Source: Octopus bimaculoides (taxonomy: Eukaryota). From it: 64,000 bases of DNA. Where the stretch lies: the NCBI RefSeq assembly GCF_001194135.2, contig NC_068985.1:18437040-18501039 (forward strand), given 5' to 3'. Numbering within the stretch: position 1 is the stretch's first letter; the number at the start of each line of letters is the position of its first letter. Under the pieces are notes generated by a model. The model was not told the DNA's origin and ran no database searches. It worked only from the letters and a program-made list of their open reading frames with translations. Positions 11,653 to 24,440 of this stretch are shown here, one piece after another. The translations under genes and the position numbers were made by a program.

Positions 11653-13759
11653 CTTTTTATGCACACACATATATAAACAATAGATAATGAAATGCAAGGG
11701 TGCCATAGTCACAAAGTTGTGCCAAGAGAGATTAGAATCTTAAATTTCAAATTCTTCCTCAGGATGAGATTGTCCAGAGGTAGATTTGGCTAGCAGAATG
11801 ATTGAATTTGAGCATGTATGGAGACAGAAAAACAAAAAATAACAACAAGCATAAAGTATGTGTATATATGAAAAGTTGTGTATACAATTTACCTCATATC
11901 TTTACAGCTGTTTCAAGTGGGTACTGACTAGTTGATATGATAATGCATACTATACAAGCAGGTGCAATACTGAGGTAATATTATAGATATACATAAAAGC
12001 AAAATAAAGTAATAACTAGCACTTATTTTTCAGGAGAGTCACTGACCATTTGAAACAGTTGTAAAGATAGGTCTTGATTACATCATGTAATTTGTATCTG
12101 AAAATTTTCATTTAAATATATTCCTTACATCTGTTATCATTTGTCAGTCTTTCTATTTATATATGAAAGAGAAATTCACTAACCCAGGTATTGAACTTAT
12201 GCCCACCAGTTAAACTGCAGTTCTTAACACTTAATCAATGCTTATAATCTCTTATAATTTTCATCACTTAATTGTTCTACAGAACAATCGCATAGTGAAT
12301 ATGTGTTGATTGCAGCTTAATGGTAGACATGATCAGTCTTGAGTCAATGGATCTCTCTCTCCCTCCCCCCTCTCTCTCCGTCTCCCCCTCTCTCTCTATA
12401 TATATACATACATACACATACACACTCACACATATAACGTTCACTTTCCATGTTGGCATGGTTGAGATGGTTTGCCAGTGAACTGGTGAGCTGCAGTGCT
12501 ACATGAGGTTCCAATGCCATCATGGATGGTTTAAAGGGAGTGAGCATGTAGCATTAGAAGATCAGTAGTGATTAATACTAGAATATCCCAACAATCCTGG
12601 ACAACTCAATATAAACAATCTACTCCCATGTCTTTAAATAAAAGGTTGTTTGAAACATTGAAAATGTTGCTGAATATGACAGGCACTTGAAGAAGGCTAG
12701 AAGATACAACAGCTAAATTGATGTGACTATAACAGGCAATATGAGGACACTAGTCTAAATAAATGTATGTGCCCTGTGGTTAAATTATAAGGATGTTGGT
12801 AAATTTGAATGGGGGATCAAACCAAGTGGTTTTATCTTCTTTAAGCCTTCTTTATCCAGGGTGTGTTCTTAGTCATGTAAAACCTATGTCATTCATCATT
12901 TTGTTTAGTTTTAATAAGTAGTTTTATGGTACATATGTCAGTGATCTCTGAAGAGTCTCAAAGATGAAAACTAATGAGCATGATCCTCATTCCAGGTTGC
13001 TGAAACCCTTATGGTTTTACTAAGAGCTTAAATTTCACAGCAAGACTAATATGCTGATTAAACAGGAATAGAACGCCATATACATATTTCACCATATTAT
13101 ATATGGGGATATATTGGGGATGAAAACAGTTTTTTTTTTTTTGGTTCCTGAAATTGCATGAATAAACACTTTCCAAAAATCTGATTTGTGATTATTATTA
13201 TTATTTTTAATTTTTATTCTCATATCATATTGTTTTGATATCTCAGTTCTGTTTTTTTTTTTTTTTCATGAAATAGATATTTTACTTATTTTTTAATTAT
13301 TTTAATAAGAAAAATTTAATTCAAATTTTATTTTAATTAATGACATTTCCTGTGTAATGGTTCAACAGTTGAATAAATCTGGTTATTTTATCAGTTTTTC
13401 AATTCAAATTGCATAATCTTCATTTTTAAATCCCAAATTTTAATCATCTTTCCTAATTTTGCTTACAAATTGATTCATTTTTTTTTGTATTTGAAGATAT
13501 TCAGAATACATTATTCTAATATTTTTAACCAGTTCATTTTTCCATAAACGCATCAGATTTATAACCGTTAAAAATTATTTTAAGAAGCTATTATGTTGTC
13601 TACTGTGGAAATTTTGTAAATTTCTAAAATGTTTTATTTAGATGTTCCTTCCATTTCTCATAACAAGAGCATTGAAGTAGCTCTTTCCATTAACATTTAT
13701 TCAATGATATTGTGAAATATTTGTTACTAATATTTGATTATTATTATATAAATGAATGA

Positions 13760-13800
13760 ATGAAGAAAATATATTATTATTATTATTATTATTATTATAT
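13760..13800. repeat. (TTA)n microsatellite, representative of dozens of (AT)n/(GT)n/(GA)n/(CAT)n tracts (e.g. 403-423, 4383-4423, 9037-9062, 21877-21960, 23172-23226, 60158-60194)
   Basis: Direct reading of the sequence. Confidence 0.95.
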
Positions 13801-16326
13801 TGGCTATCACTCAAAGCTTCGCTCCTGTGTTCCTCTATTTAGGTCTGTTCAGCTCTTTTATGTTGTTGTTGTTTTTTTTGTTGTTGTTATCTGTCTTGTT
13901 GCTTGTTTCGTTATTCATGACTAGCTATTGGTGCCTACACTCTGCAATACACAGCTCTACTTGTAAGATGTACTTGCTTGAAGAGTGTGTGTGGGTTATA
14001 TTAAGCTATCGATTGATTGATTAGGTTGCTTAGGCACAGTCTCAGTAGTATATGTAGTAGCAGTAGTTGCTGCATTAAGTATAAGCTGCTCCTACTGCTG
14101 CCATCACTGTTGTTGCTGTTTCTTAACTAATATAGCATTGTTAGAGCTAGCTTGCCAGCTCTCAGCTAGGATGTAATTCTGACTTCATACACAAGAAGGA
14201 AGGGGAGTAAGAGTAGGTCAGCTTGCTTATTTGGTCAGCAAGCCAGCTAGCCTTTCTTCTTGGCTCACACTTCTTGCTATTCCATGTTATGTACTAATAT
14301 TGTAATTACATATGTACAATGTTCAAGCTACCAATTGTATTATTTGTAGAAGATATGTGTTTGTGTTATAACAAAATCACAGCAGAGGAAATATTATGAA
14401 AGCTCTGAAGTGATTCTGAAGCTTCCATTTTTTTGCTAATCACTTTATGCTTTTAACACTTCTATTTGGAGTGAAGAACCCATTATATTGAATACTATTA
14501 AAGATTTTAACTATTTATAATAATTCTTTATTTTTTTTTTATTCCTAAATTTAATTGGGATTTTGAGAAAAAAAATGTCTGAAAATAGAATCATTATTGG
14601 ATGTATAAATTTTATATTAGTAGTAATAATTATTTCTTACATAGGCACAGTGCCAATACTTCTAGTGCCTTTAAAATATCTCAGATTTTTGTAAGAGACA
14701 ATGCGTGTGTGTTAGATTTATTTGCTTCGTTTTTTTTTTGTTTTTTGTTTTTATCTGATATCATTATAGCTATGATAATTCATCTGAATAATTATGATCT
14801 TTTTGGATTAGAAGCTCAAAAAATGACCACTAGATATAATTTTTTCTTTTTCTGCCAATTTCCACAAAATATTACTGAAGCTGTGGTTCATTAATTATAA
14901 AGAGATGAGAATTTGAAATAGGCATATTCTGTAAAAAATGCATCTAATCTGGCACAGAACCAAGCACACACAAACTACTACTATAGCAGCCTTCTCGGAG
15001 TTCAAGAGGTTCACTAAATTCCATTTGCTGATTGGCCTATCGGCACTGCAAAATCATTTAAATTGTACTTTTGGCAACTGTGCATGCTGGAGCTGGTGGA
15101 CAGCTGTGTATTGCCAGTTGGACTGTTAAATTTACCTTCTACATTTCATATAAAAAGCTAAATAAGATGCTTCACAATGTGAAAGTATCATCACATTTTG
15201 ATACTTAATTGCACTGAGCTTCAGTCCCATGCCTCTTGCAAGCACCTGCTGGAAACCTGACAACTATTTTGTGGTATATCTGTAGTATCACTGCTTAGCT
15301 AATATCGATTTGTCTCTCTATGCTCTCCCTTCTCAGCATCTTTTGTTTCACTCAGTCGAAGTGAGGTTATAATTTTCCATTATAATATCGAAAATGCTGT
15401 TTTAAATAGCAGCAGTTTTATTAGTGTTTTTATCGTTATTTTTATTAAACAAAATGTTTTTCTTACTTCAGTATATTGTGGGTACCTGCTATTATGACTA
15501 CCTACCACAGATCTAAAATGATAATAGAGCAGTCAGAGGTGACATGTTTTCTTCTACTGAATTAATAAAATTTATAAAGAATTAAAAAAAAAAATCTTTC
15601 TCTCTCTGTAAAGGAAAGAGAAATGTGCCAGAAATATTGATTGGCTTGGATGATTATAATTTGAATTATCATGTTAATTTTTTGGAGTAGAAGGAAATGA
15701 AACACTTTATCTATCTTGAAGTGCAAGCCATGAAAAAAAAAAAATCTATTTTAAGAAAATTGACTCTTTTGATATTTATGAGGTATAGAGGAAAACATTT
15801 TTATAGAATAATTTTTTAATTTGAAATAATCTCTTTATCAATTGAAAATAAATTGGGTCTATGAAACATAACTCTGCTTGTTTTGGGGATCAGACTTTTC
15901 ACTCCTAGAAAAGTATTCCAAATTTCTTTACCTGGGAATATATTAAATTATGACATAATTGTTTACTCTCTGGAAACTGCCTCGTCTTAAAAGAATTCAA
16001 GGCCTCTCTGTGGTTGGCAGAGTATGAGATAGTTTATTGGTGAGAGTATCTACACGGACAGTTTTAATATTAGTAATTCTTAGTTAGCCTTTGAAATTAT
16101 TAATGAAGTATTTCTGTTCATTATGTTTTTTTCTGTTAGAATTGTAAATTGTTTAGGCCTTCTCTTCAGAAACAGAAACTATTTCACCTCCGAACAGCTG
16201 CTGACTCTATCTGAGGTACAAGGGCAACCCATACTAAAGTACTTCTTATGTATCTGAGACAGAACAGCTGTTAATATATATATGCACGCGTGCACACACA
16301 CACACACACACATACACATTCAAAAC

Positions 16327-16561
16327 CAGTGGTTCTCAACCAATTTTTTACCTATGGACCCCTTTGATTGCTATTTTACTCTGTTGGATCCCCCATAGCC
16401 ATTTGATGTTTTAAAAAAATCCCATTATATTCTTATAGTTGAATATCATTAGGAATTGTATAAGAAAATTGAAATATTTTGTGTACTGTAAAAGCATAAC
16501 CAATTTTATCGCACAAATTTTAGCAACAAAATCTTATATGGATTCTAGTTGAGAACCACTG
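16327..16561. mobile_element. hAT/Charlie-type MITE
   Basis: TIRs CAGTGGTTCTCAAC / GTTGAGAACCACTG; degenerate 8-bp flanks ttcaaaac/ttctggac; relatives near 45310-45590, 49280-49515 and 53095-53170. Confidence 0.8.
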
Positions 16562-18149
16562 TTCTGGACCATATCCCTTTAAATTTGCCTGCTGTTATAG
16601 GTTACTCTTTCATTGTCTTTTCTGTTATTACTGCTAGAGTTCCTACATACTGTCCTTATCCAAGACCACTTGCTTCACTTGTCTTTCTTCTTATCATCTT
16701 TAGTGTGCCTCACATCCAAACCTTGCACCAGTTACTTTATCTAAAACCACAGAACTGGAACTCCTTTTTTGTTCTCTATTTCTCTACAAGCACCAAACTA
16801 CTCACTGGCTGCACTTATTTAATCCTTGGTGGAGAGAGGACACATTAAGTTAACTATGGCAAAATGTTGAGCTGTTTAATTATACAACCTAGCTGTATTG
16901 TTAATTGTTTAGTCATGATTAAACTTTAAAATATGTTGTTTAGTTTCATCAGATCCTTCATCTTTTCTAATAATTTTCCAACCATATCATCCATCTTAAT
17001 TATGAATGTGTGAATGATTTATCTTTTAGAAGATATGGTCGATTTCATGAATATGACTCAAGTTAAAATAGCTGTACTAAACAAAAATGTTTGAGCTCGT
17101 TTTGCAACCACATGCCTTTGAGTCCAGTCCCGCTATACAACAATTTCTACTCTGGCCCTGGGCCAGCCAATGTCTTGTGAGTGAATCTGATAGACAGAAA
17201 CTGTGTAGAAGCCTCTATGTGTGTGCGTGTGTGCGTATCTGTCTGTCTTTGTGATTATGTTTGTGTCCCCCTGCTGCTCAACACTTGGTGTTGGTTTGTT
17301 TACATCCCTGAAACCATGTTGTTGGGATGTAAACTTCTCAAACAGAACATGTGGTATTATATAACACATTGGGTTATGGCCTCCATTCGAAACCCTTTGC
17401 CAGTTCTCATAAACATTAGCAAGTATAACCAAGTGCTAAGCATCTACCCTTATCCATTGGAAAGGAATTGAATTCCATGGTGGTGCCATATATTTTAAAA
17501 GCTTACAGTTTGCTCGTAATTATCAAGTATTTATCTAATCAGATTAAATGTGCAAGTGTCATCCTTGATTACTGGTCTGTAAGCAATATTGACAATTGCT
17601 TTTAAGGTAAAGCAGTGTGATAACATGAATAGAACAATTAAAGTAGGAAAATGACTTGTAGCTAACCTAATTCAAGAAATTGTGATCAATACTCTCCAGT
17701 TTAGATAAGTACCATATATAAAAGTTCTTTTTAAAATCACTTCAGCAGAGAACATTTTTGTTAGAGCAAAATAATGTATATGCAAGTAAATATGTCAGCT
17801 ATGAAACCTTTTCTCATCATTAATATAAGAGTATCAGAAAATGTTTCTGAATGCAGCTATTTTGCTATTATTTTTGTACCAAAGTTTAAAGATTGATTCA
17901 GGTTACTCTTTGTCAGGCTATAAATTCAGGTGTATATTTGCTGACAATGTTTCAATTCTATATAATTCTATATAACAATGCTCGTTTATCTGAGGTGCAG
18001 TTATTGTTCAATGAAAATTAAACACCAGGTTAAATGATAGTGTGCCAACAATGCCTACTTATTTTTAATTATAAAACCAGTGTTTGCATTTTATATATTT
18101 ATACAGTGGTTACTCAGTGGTTGTTATGAAACAACAACGAATGAAACCA

Positions 18150-19000
18150 GCCATTGATCATAATCAAAAACATCAGCATGATTGCTTTAACATCTATTTG
18201 TCTGTAAGTTGGATAGGGCTGCAGCACAGAGCTATTTGTCTTGATCCTTTGTCATCTGACTGTCCCAGCATCTTGAGATTTTGTCATCATTTCTCTTGTC
18301 TTCTGCAGCCTTCTTCTGTTTCACACACCTTTCACTATCAGTACACTGCAAAGCTCCCATCAATGATTTACACTACATGTCTGTACCAGTACTGTTGGTT
18401 TTCCAGCATAAATTGGCCAGTGCCCAACTCTTCTGAGCTCATTTACTCTCTACCTTTCATGCATGCCAAAATTACACATCCTATTGATCATAGTAAACTC
18501 ATTTCTCTCCAGTTTAAACAAATTTCATAAACCACTAATCTTCCCCTAATTTTCTTAGCATCCTCCTCACTGCAGGTCATCGAATCGTATCAAAGGACTC
18601 TTGCAGACTGATCAATCCATAAACATTGACTGCAACTTATCAAAATTAATCCTCAGATTATTCGATCCCTTGCAGTTTGAGGTATAAGGCTGCTATAATT
18701 ACTTCTCTCCTCTGTATCTCTTTTGCTTCTGTAGCAGTTTTCAATGATATTGCTTGTGACTAATTACCTTTATATCAAGTATTTTCATCATCTTATTGAC
18801 TCTCTTTGATAGACCCTACTAACCATGCTGCTACTGGTCCCTGTAACTGTCTTCTCACTGAGTAGGAGTTAAGTTTTCACTATCTTACACGTTCCTCCTT
18901 CACGAAATATTTTAATGACCATTTTTAATGCTTGATGGAAATTGATGTTGCTATTAATTTGAGCAGTCTCTGGACTTGTTGGTGGTTAAATATAGTGTTT
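18150..19000 (-). mobile_element. Possible very old LINE (RTE-like RT) remnant
   Basis: Only fragmentary motif echoes (IKNG; V.IDG; ETEEG) on the minus strand, with many stops. Confidence 0.3.
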
Positions 19001-19534
19001 GAGTATCTGTAGAAAAGTTTGTGCCAATGGGGCAAAATTCTAAAATCCAAGAACCTGGGAAGTGTTGTTTGCCACTCTTTTTGTATTAAATCATTTTCAC
19101 ATATTTGATAAAATTTGAGGACCAGGTTTATGGAATGAATTTGTCAAGGTAAAGTTTTGTGACTACCTGTCTCCCTCTTTTGCACACATATATTTCAATT
19201 TGTAAAATTAAACTTGTGTGTGTGTGTGCATGCATAGGACCTTTTCCCTTTCTAAGCATATGAAACAGCAATTGCTCTGTTGAATAAACTATCCCACCTT
19301 TACTAGCATGAATAATTGAGATGAAAAACAAAACAGAAACAAACCCGCTTGGCTTAAATGATTTATAAGAAACAATACAGAATCATTATCAATGATTTAA
19401 AGTTAGATAATTAGTTTATGTAAAAGAAAACGGAGGGCAACTGCTTACTAAAAATGAATTTAACTTGGAACTTTTCTTTTGAGAATTAACTACTTAGAAA
19501 TTTACATATTGTGGTAATAAAATAGATTTGCAAC

Positions 19535-19930
19535 ATTGTGGCTAAGAAGTTTGCTTCCCAACCACATGGGTTTAGATTCATTCTCACTGTGGCACCTTGG
19601 GGAAGTCTTCTACTATAGCTCTGGGCTGACCAAAGCCTTGTGAGTGAATTTGGTAGATAGAAACTGAAAGAAGCCTGTTGTGTAGCTGTGTCTTTGTTTT
19701 GACATTGTGTGATAGCTGTAAACCAGTGTCACTGATATACAAGCTGTATCTTTTGTTTTGAATCTTCTGTGAAAACATGTCCAGCTATGAGGAAATATTT
19801 ACTTTGCTTGCTTGGTGAGGGTTGATGACAGGAAGGACAGGTGGCCATAGAAAATCTGTCTCAACAAATTCCATCTAACCCACGCAGGTATGGAAAAGTC
19901 GATGTTAAAATGATGATGATGATGTTTCTC
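19535..19930 (+). mobile_element. SINE family A2 (family A head, different body, (GAT)n tail)
   Basis: Same body at 20105-20360 (-), 31870-32340 (-), 41720-42045 (+) and 57620-57780 (+). Confidence 0.7.
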
Positions 19931-21001
19931 AATCAATTGCTTTTTTTTCTTTTACCTTTTTTTTTTTTTTACCTGTTTTCTAACTGTAAATTCTTTAAGG
20001 TTTATTTAAAGATTTTTTCTTTTTTGTATTCCTATTTATAATAAGTTTGCAACAGGGAAGCATGCTGTGTAGTGAGTGTACACAGTAAGCATCTCACACT
20101 TGCAATATCATCATCATTTTAATGTCCATGCTTGCATGAGTAGAGGTTTGATGGAGTTTATTGAGGCAGATTTTCTATGGCTGGATGCCCTGTGGCCAAC
20201 TTCCACTTGTTTCCAAGTAAGGTAATATTTCCCCATGGCCAAACTGCTTGTATGACAGTGATATTCATTCCCGACTTTCATGCAATGTCAAGATTAGGGG
20301 ACACAAACACACATGCACTCATTCTTATGCTCTTGCACACATACAAACACACGAATGTGTGTGATTGGTGTTAGGAAGGGTATCTGGCTGTAAAAATCCT
20401 GCCAAAACAGTTACAGAAGTCTGGTGCAGGCTTCTGCCTGGCTGGCTCTTGTCAAACCATCTCACCCATGCCAGCATGGAAGGCAGGCGTTAAATGATGA
20501 TGATGATATATAATATACTTCTTTCAGTTTCCATCTACCACATCCATTCCCAAGGCTTTGGTTGGTCCAGGGCTGCAGTAGATATTTACCCAAGGTACCA
20601 TGCTGTGGGACTGAACCTTGAAACCATGTGGTTGAGAGCCACACCTGCATCTCTCTTTCTCTTTCTCTCTCTCTCTCTCCCTCCCCACTATCTATCTATT
20701 TATCTATGGTGAGTTGAAAACTTTGATCAACTGAAGTTATCCAAGCAATTAGTAAATGAATCTCTCCTTTTAGATACATTTAAAATCTAAAAATCTAAAG
20801 AACAAAAACCTAGCACAGAAGGTTGCTCTCATAAGATCAATTGAGCAAAAAATTCTGGACAATATAGACAGTGCATATTTGAGTAGATCTGGTTTTTAAA
20901 GTCAACTGGTGCAAGCAGCGGACATAATTTGGTTTTGATAAAGCTCCTCAGAGAAGCATATTCAGCATGTGCTACTCAGTTGGTAAAACTAAGAGCAATC
21001 A

Positions 21002-21032
<31 letters not shown>

Positions 21033-21489
21033 AGGGAGAGGGAATATAGTGGAATCGATTATTAATATCAATAATATGGTTGGGAGAAGATACATTTTGT
21101 CGATAGTTTAAACAAATCTGCATCATCGTTTTTTTTTTTTTATCCTTTTAACTTATGCCAACCATTCTTCACTAAATTAAACACAATTTTGGATTTATTT
21201 ATCCTCATTCATCATCATCATCGTCGTCTGCCTTCCATGCTAGCATGAATGCCTTTCAGTATTTTCTTTGGTCTACATCTTTCCTAGCTGGGAGAAGGAA
21301 AATCTAGTGAAGGACATGAACTATTTCAGCATTTGTTTGTCCAGCAGTACTTTTGAACATTTGTTCATATAATGGGGTGGTATAACACTCCTTTAAAAAA
21401 ACTTCATGAATTGTTATTCAAATATATTCCTTCTGCTGTTTCAACATATTTCTCCATTCACTGATGAACAGATTGATTGCATTATCTTC

Positions 21490-21897
21490 AATCTTTTACT
21501 TGTTTCAGTCAGACTGGCCATGCTGGGGCACGGTCATGAGGGACTTTTAGATGAATGAATTGACCCCAGTATTTGTTTTTTTTTTTTGGTAAGCTTGGTA
21601 TTTTTATATATGTAAATTTTGCTGAACAGTTAAGTTATGGGGATGTAAATGCACCAACACCGGTTGTCAAGCATACAAACATGCATACCTGACTGGCCTT
21701 TGTACCGGTGGCACGTAAAAGCACCCACTACACTCTCGGAGTGGTTGGCATTAGGAAGGGCATCCAGCTGTAGAAACTCTGCCAGATCAGATTGGAGCCT
21801 GGTGTAGCCATCTGGTTTCACCAGTCCTCAGTCAAATCGTCAACGCATGCTAGCATGGAAAGCGGACGTTAAACGATGATGATGATGATGATGATGA

Positions 21898-21947
<50 letters not shown>

Positions 21948-22105
21948 ACACACACACACAATGGGCTTCTTTCAGTTTCTGTCTACCAAATTCACTCACA
22001 AGGCTTTGGTCTGCCCAAGGCACTTGCTCAAGGTACCACACAATGAGACTGAACTTGGAGCCAAGTGGTTGGGAACCAAGCTTCTTATCACACAGCCACG
22101 CCAGA
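21490..22105. mobile_element. SINE A (minus) with nested SINE B 3' part (plus, about 21680-21900)
   Basis: Family A tail at 21490-21680 and head at 21950-22105 are separated by a family B tail and (GAT)n/(AT)n. Confidence 0.7.
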
Positions 22106-22504
22106 GCCTATGCAATAGATGACACTTTCAGACTTCCTCATAGTGCTATCTTGGCACACTTGGAAATGAGCACATTTCACAATAGCAAACAAATTGCACT
22201 TCTCTTACTATTTCTTTTTCTCACTCCCTAAGTAAAATATGAGAAAAGAGAAGACTAGCTGACTCACCATCTGAAAAATATAAGCTTTAAAAGCAAAAGA
22301 TAAAATTGGGAGTGTCCAAGTACCCTGCTGGCCTAATGCAGGATTAAAATAGGAAATGTCTTATAAACTAATAAGACTTTCTATGTTGCCCAGAGAGATT
22401 TGAAATATTCCTAAACAGCAATATTTCTTTCTTTCCTTAAGATATCAATTTGTTTGCAAGAGAAATCAAGATAATACTGAAATTACTGGCTCCAATATTA
22501 TATT

Positions 22505-22740
22505 TAGGGTAGGCGCATGGTTTAGTGGTTAAGGTGTTGGACTCTTGATCATAAAAACTGATTTTGATTCCTGAACTGGGCAATGCTTTGTGCTCTTGAG
22601 CAAAACACTTCATTTCATGTTTGCTCCAGACCACTCAACTGGTAAAAATGATTAATCCTGCAACAGACTGGTGTGCCATCCAGGGAGAAGTATATATATG
22701 CCAGAAGAACCAGGAAACTGGCACGATGCTCTTTACTAAC
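22505..22740 (+). mobile_element. tRNA-headed SINE family D
   Basis: ggcgcatggtttagtggttaagg head and gtgctcttgagcaaaacacttcatttc core. Confidence 0.7.
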
Positions 22741-22789
22741 CCCCATTATAATTAACAATTCTCTTATTCTTTTATAAGCAAGACTATGT

Positions 22790-23169
22790 AAAATTGTGAT
22801 GGCTCTGTGATTAAGAAGCTTGCTCTGCAACCACATTGTTTTGGATTCCGTCCTGCTGTGTGGTACTTTGTTACATCTACTATAGCTCTTGCGAGTGAAT
22901 TTGGTAGCTGGAAACTGTGTCGAAGCCTGTTGTATATGTATATGCTTTTGTGTTTGTTCCCTCCCACCACTGCTTGATAACTGTGTTGGTTTATTTATGT
23001 CCCCCATAACTTAGCTGTTTAGCAAAAGAGACTAGTAAAATAAGTACCAGGCTTGAAATAAGGACTGGGGTTGATTTGTTTAACAAAACCTGTCAAGACT
23101 CCACCTTGACTGGTTTAGTTGAACAAATCAACATTGCATAGCCACAACCGAATGACTGAAACAAGTAAA

Positions 23170-23170
<1 letters not shown>
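22790..23170 (+). mobile_element. SINE family A, diverged
   Basis: Colinear with the family A consensus. Confidence 0.7.
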
Positions 23171-23226
<56 letters not shown>

Positions 23227-23256
23227 AACAGGTTGTATGGAGCACTGCATCAATAA

Positions 23257-23621
23257 ATCAAAGGTAGAACAGAAAGAACACAACAAATGGAAACCAACAA
23301 AACAATATGTGGAAAAATAGATGATAGCATGACAAATGACAAAAACAAGATACACAGATCATTTGCAGCCGATTAGCAAGCACATCATTTGGAGTCTGGA
23401 AAGTCCTTGTAGTTTTGCCCCTTTATCTCCGTCGAGTGGTATCAGAAATAAAGGAGTGAAACTACAAGGACTTTCTGGACTCTAACTGATGAGCTAATTG
23501 GCTGTGAATGATCCGTGTATCTTGTTTTTGTCCTGTTTGCCGTTTGTCATGCTATCCTCTCTTTTTTCCGTGTTGTGTTTTGTTGGTTTCTGTTTGTTGT
23601 ATTCTTTCTGTTCTACTTTTG

Positions 23622-23623
<2 letters not shown>
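23257..23623. repeat. Long fold-back (about 175-bp arms) flanked by (AT)n tracts
   Basis: Arms are reverse complements over most of their length; near-identical peptides appear on opposite strands in the ORF track. Confidence 0.85.
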
Positions 23624-23695
<72 letters not shown>

Positions 23696-23792
23696 ATAAT
23701 CTGCTTTCATTTATTTATTCTAAGTAGACCATTCTCACTTATGTGGAATTTAATGCACCATCAAAGCCGTCCTATGTCACTTTTTCACTTAA

Positions 23793-24012
23793 CCCTTTAG
23801 CATTCAGATTACTCTGTCAAATGTAATGCTTATTTATTCACATTGTTTTGAATTAATCATGCATTAGCTCATAGCTTCAAGATTTTGATGATGTGATTGT
23901 TTATTTTTAGAACATCATTGTAGGGTGGATATGAAAGACCAGGTTTTCCCAGCTTGAACATAAAACAAGTAGTGTATTTGCGCCAGATATGGCTGGTTTA
24001 AATGGTAAAGGA
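23793..24012 (+). mobile_element. piggyBac-type MITE family F
   Basis: TTAA|CCCTTTAGCATT ... AATGGTAAAGG ends. Confidence 0.8.
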
Positions 24013-24014
24013 TT

Positions 24015-24226
24015 ACTCTTTTACTTGTTTCTGTCATTTGACTGCGGCCATGCTGGAGCACCGTCTTTAGTTGAGTGAATCAACCCCTGGATTATTCTTT
24101 GTAAGCCCAGTACTTATTCTATCGGTCTCTATAGCCGAACCGCTAAGTTACGGGGACGTAAACACACCACCATCGGTTATCAAGCGATGTTGGTGGGGAC
24201 AAACACATACACACAAACATATACAC

Positions 24227-24277
<51 letters not shown>

Positions 24278-24287
24278 NNNNNNNNNN

Positions 24288-24342
<55 letters not shown>

Positions 24343-24440
24343 GACACGCTTCTTTTCAGTTTCCGTCTACCAAATCCACTCACAAGACTTTGCTCGGCTT
24401 GAGGCTATAGTAGAAGACACTTGCCCAAAGTGCCACGTAG
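24015..24440 (-). mobile_element. SINE family A with expanded (CA)n(TA)n centre and a 10-N gap
   Basis: Family A tail and part of the head. Confidence 0.8.

Noticed and set aside
16157-16216. Peptide LLFRNRNYFTSEQLLTLSE, resembling the start of a homeodomain or NCS helix
   Set aside because: Only 19 residues, weak donor, and no downstream helix-3 (WFQNRR) or EF-hand exon found.
22264-22285. Minus-strand tttttcag-ATG-gtgagt, a possible 3-nt microexon
   Set aside because: No partner exons on the minus strand could be identified; chance occurrence is plausible.
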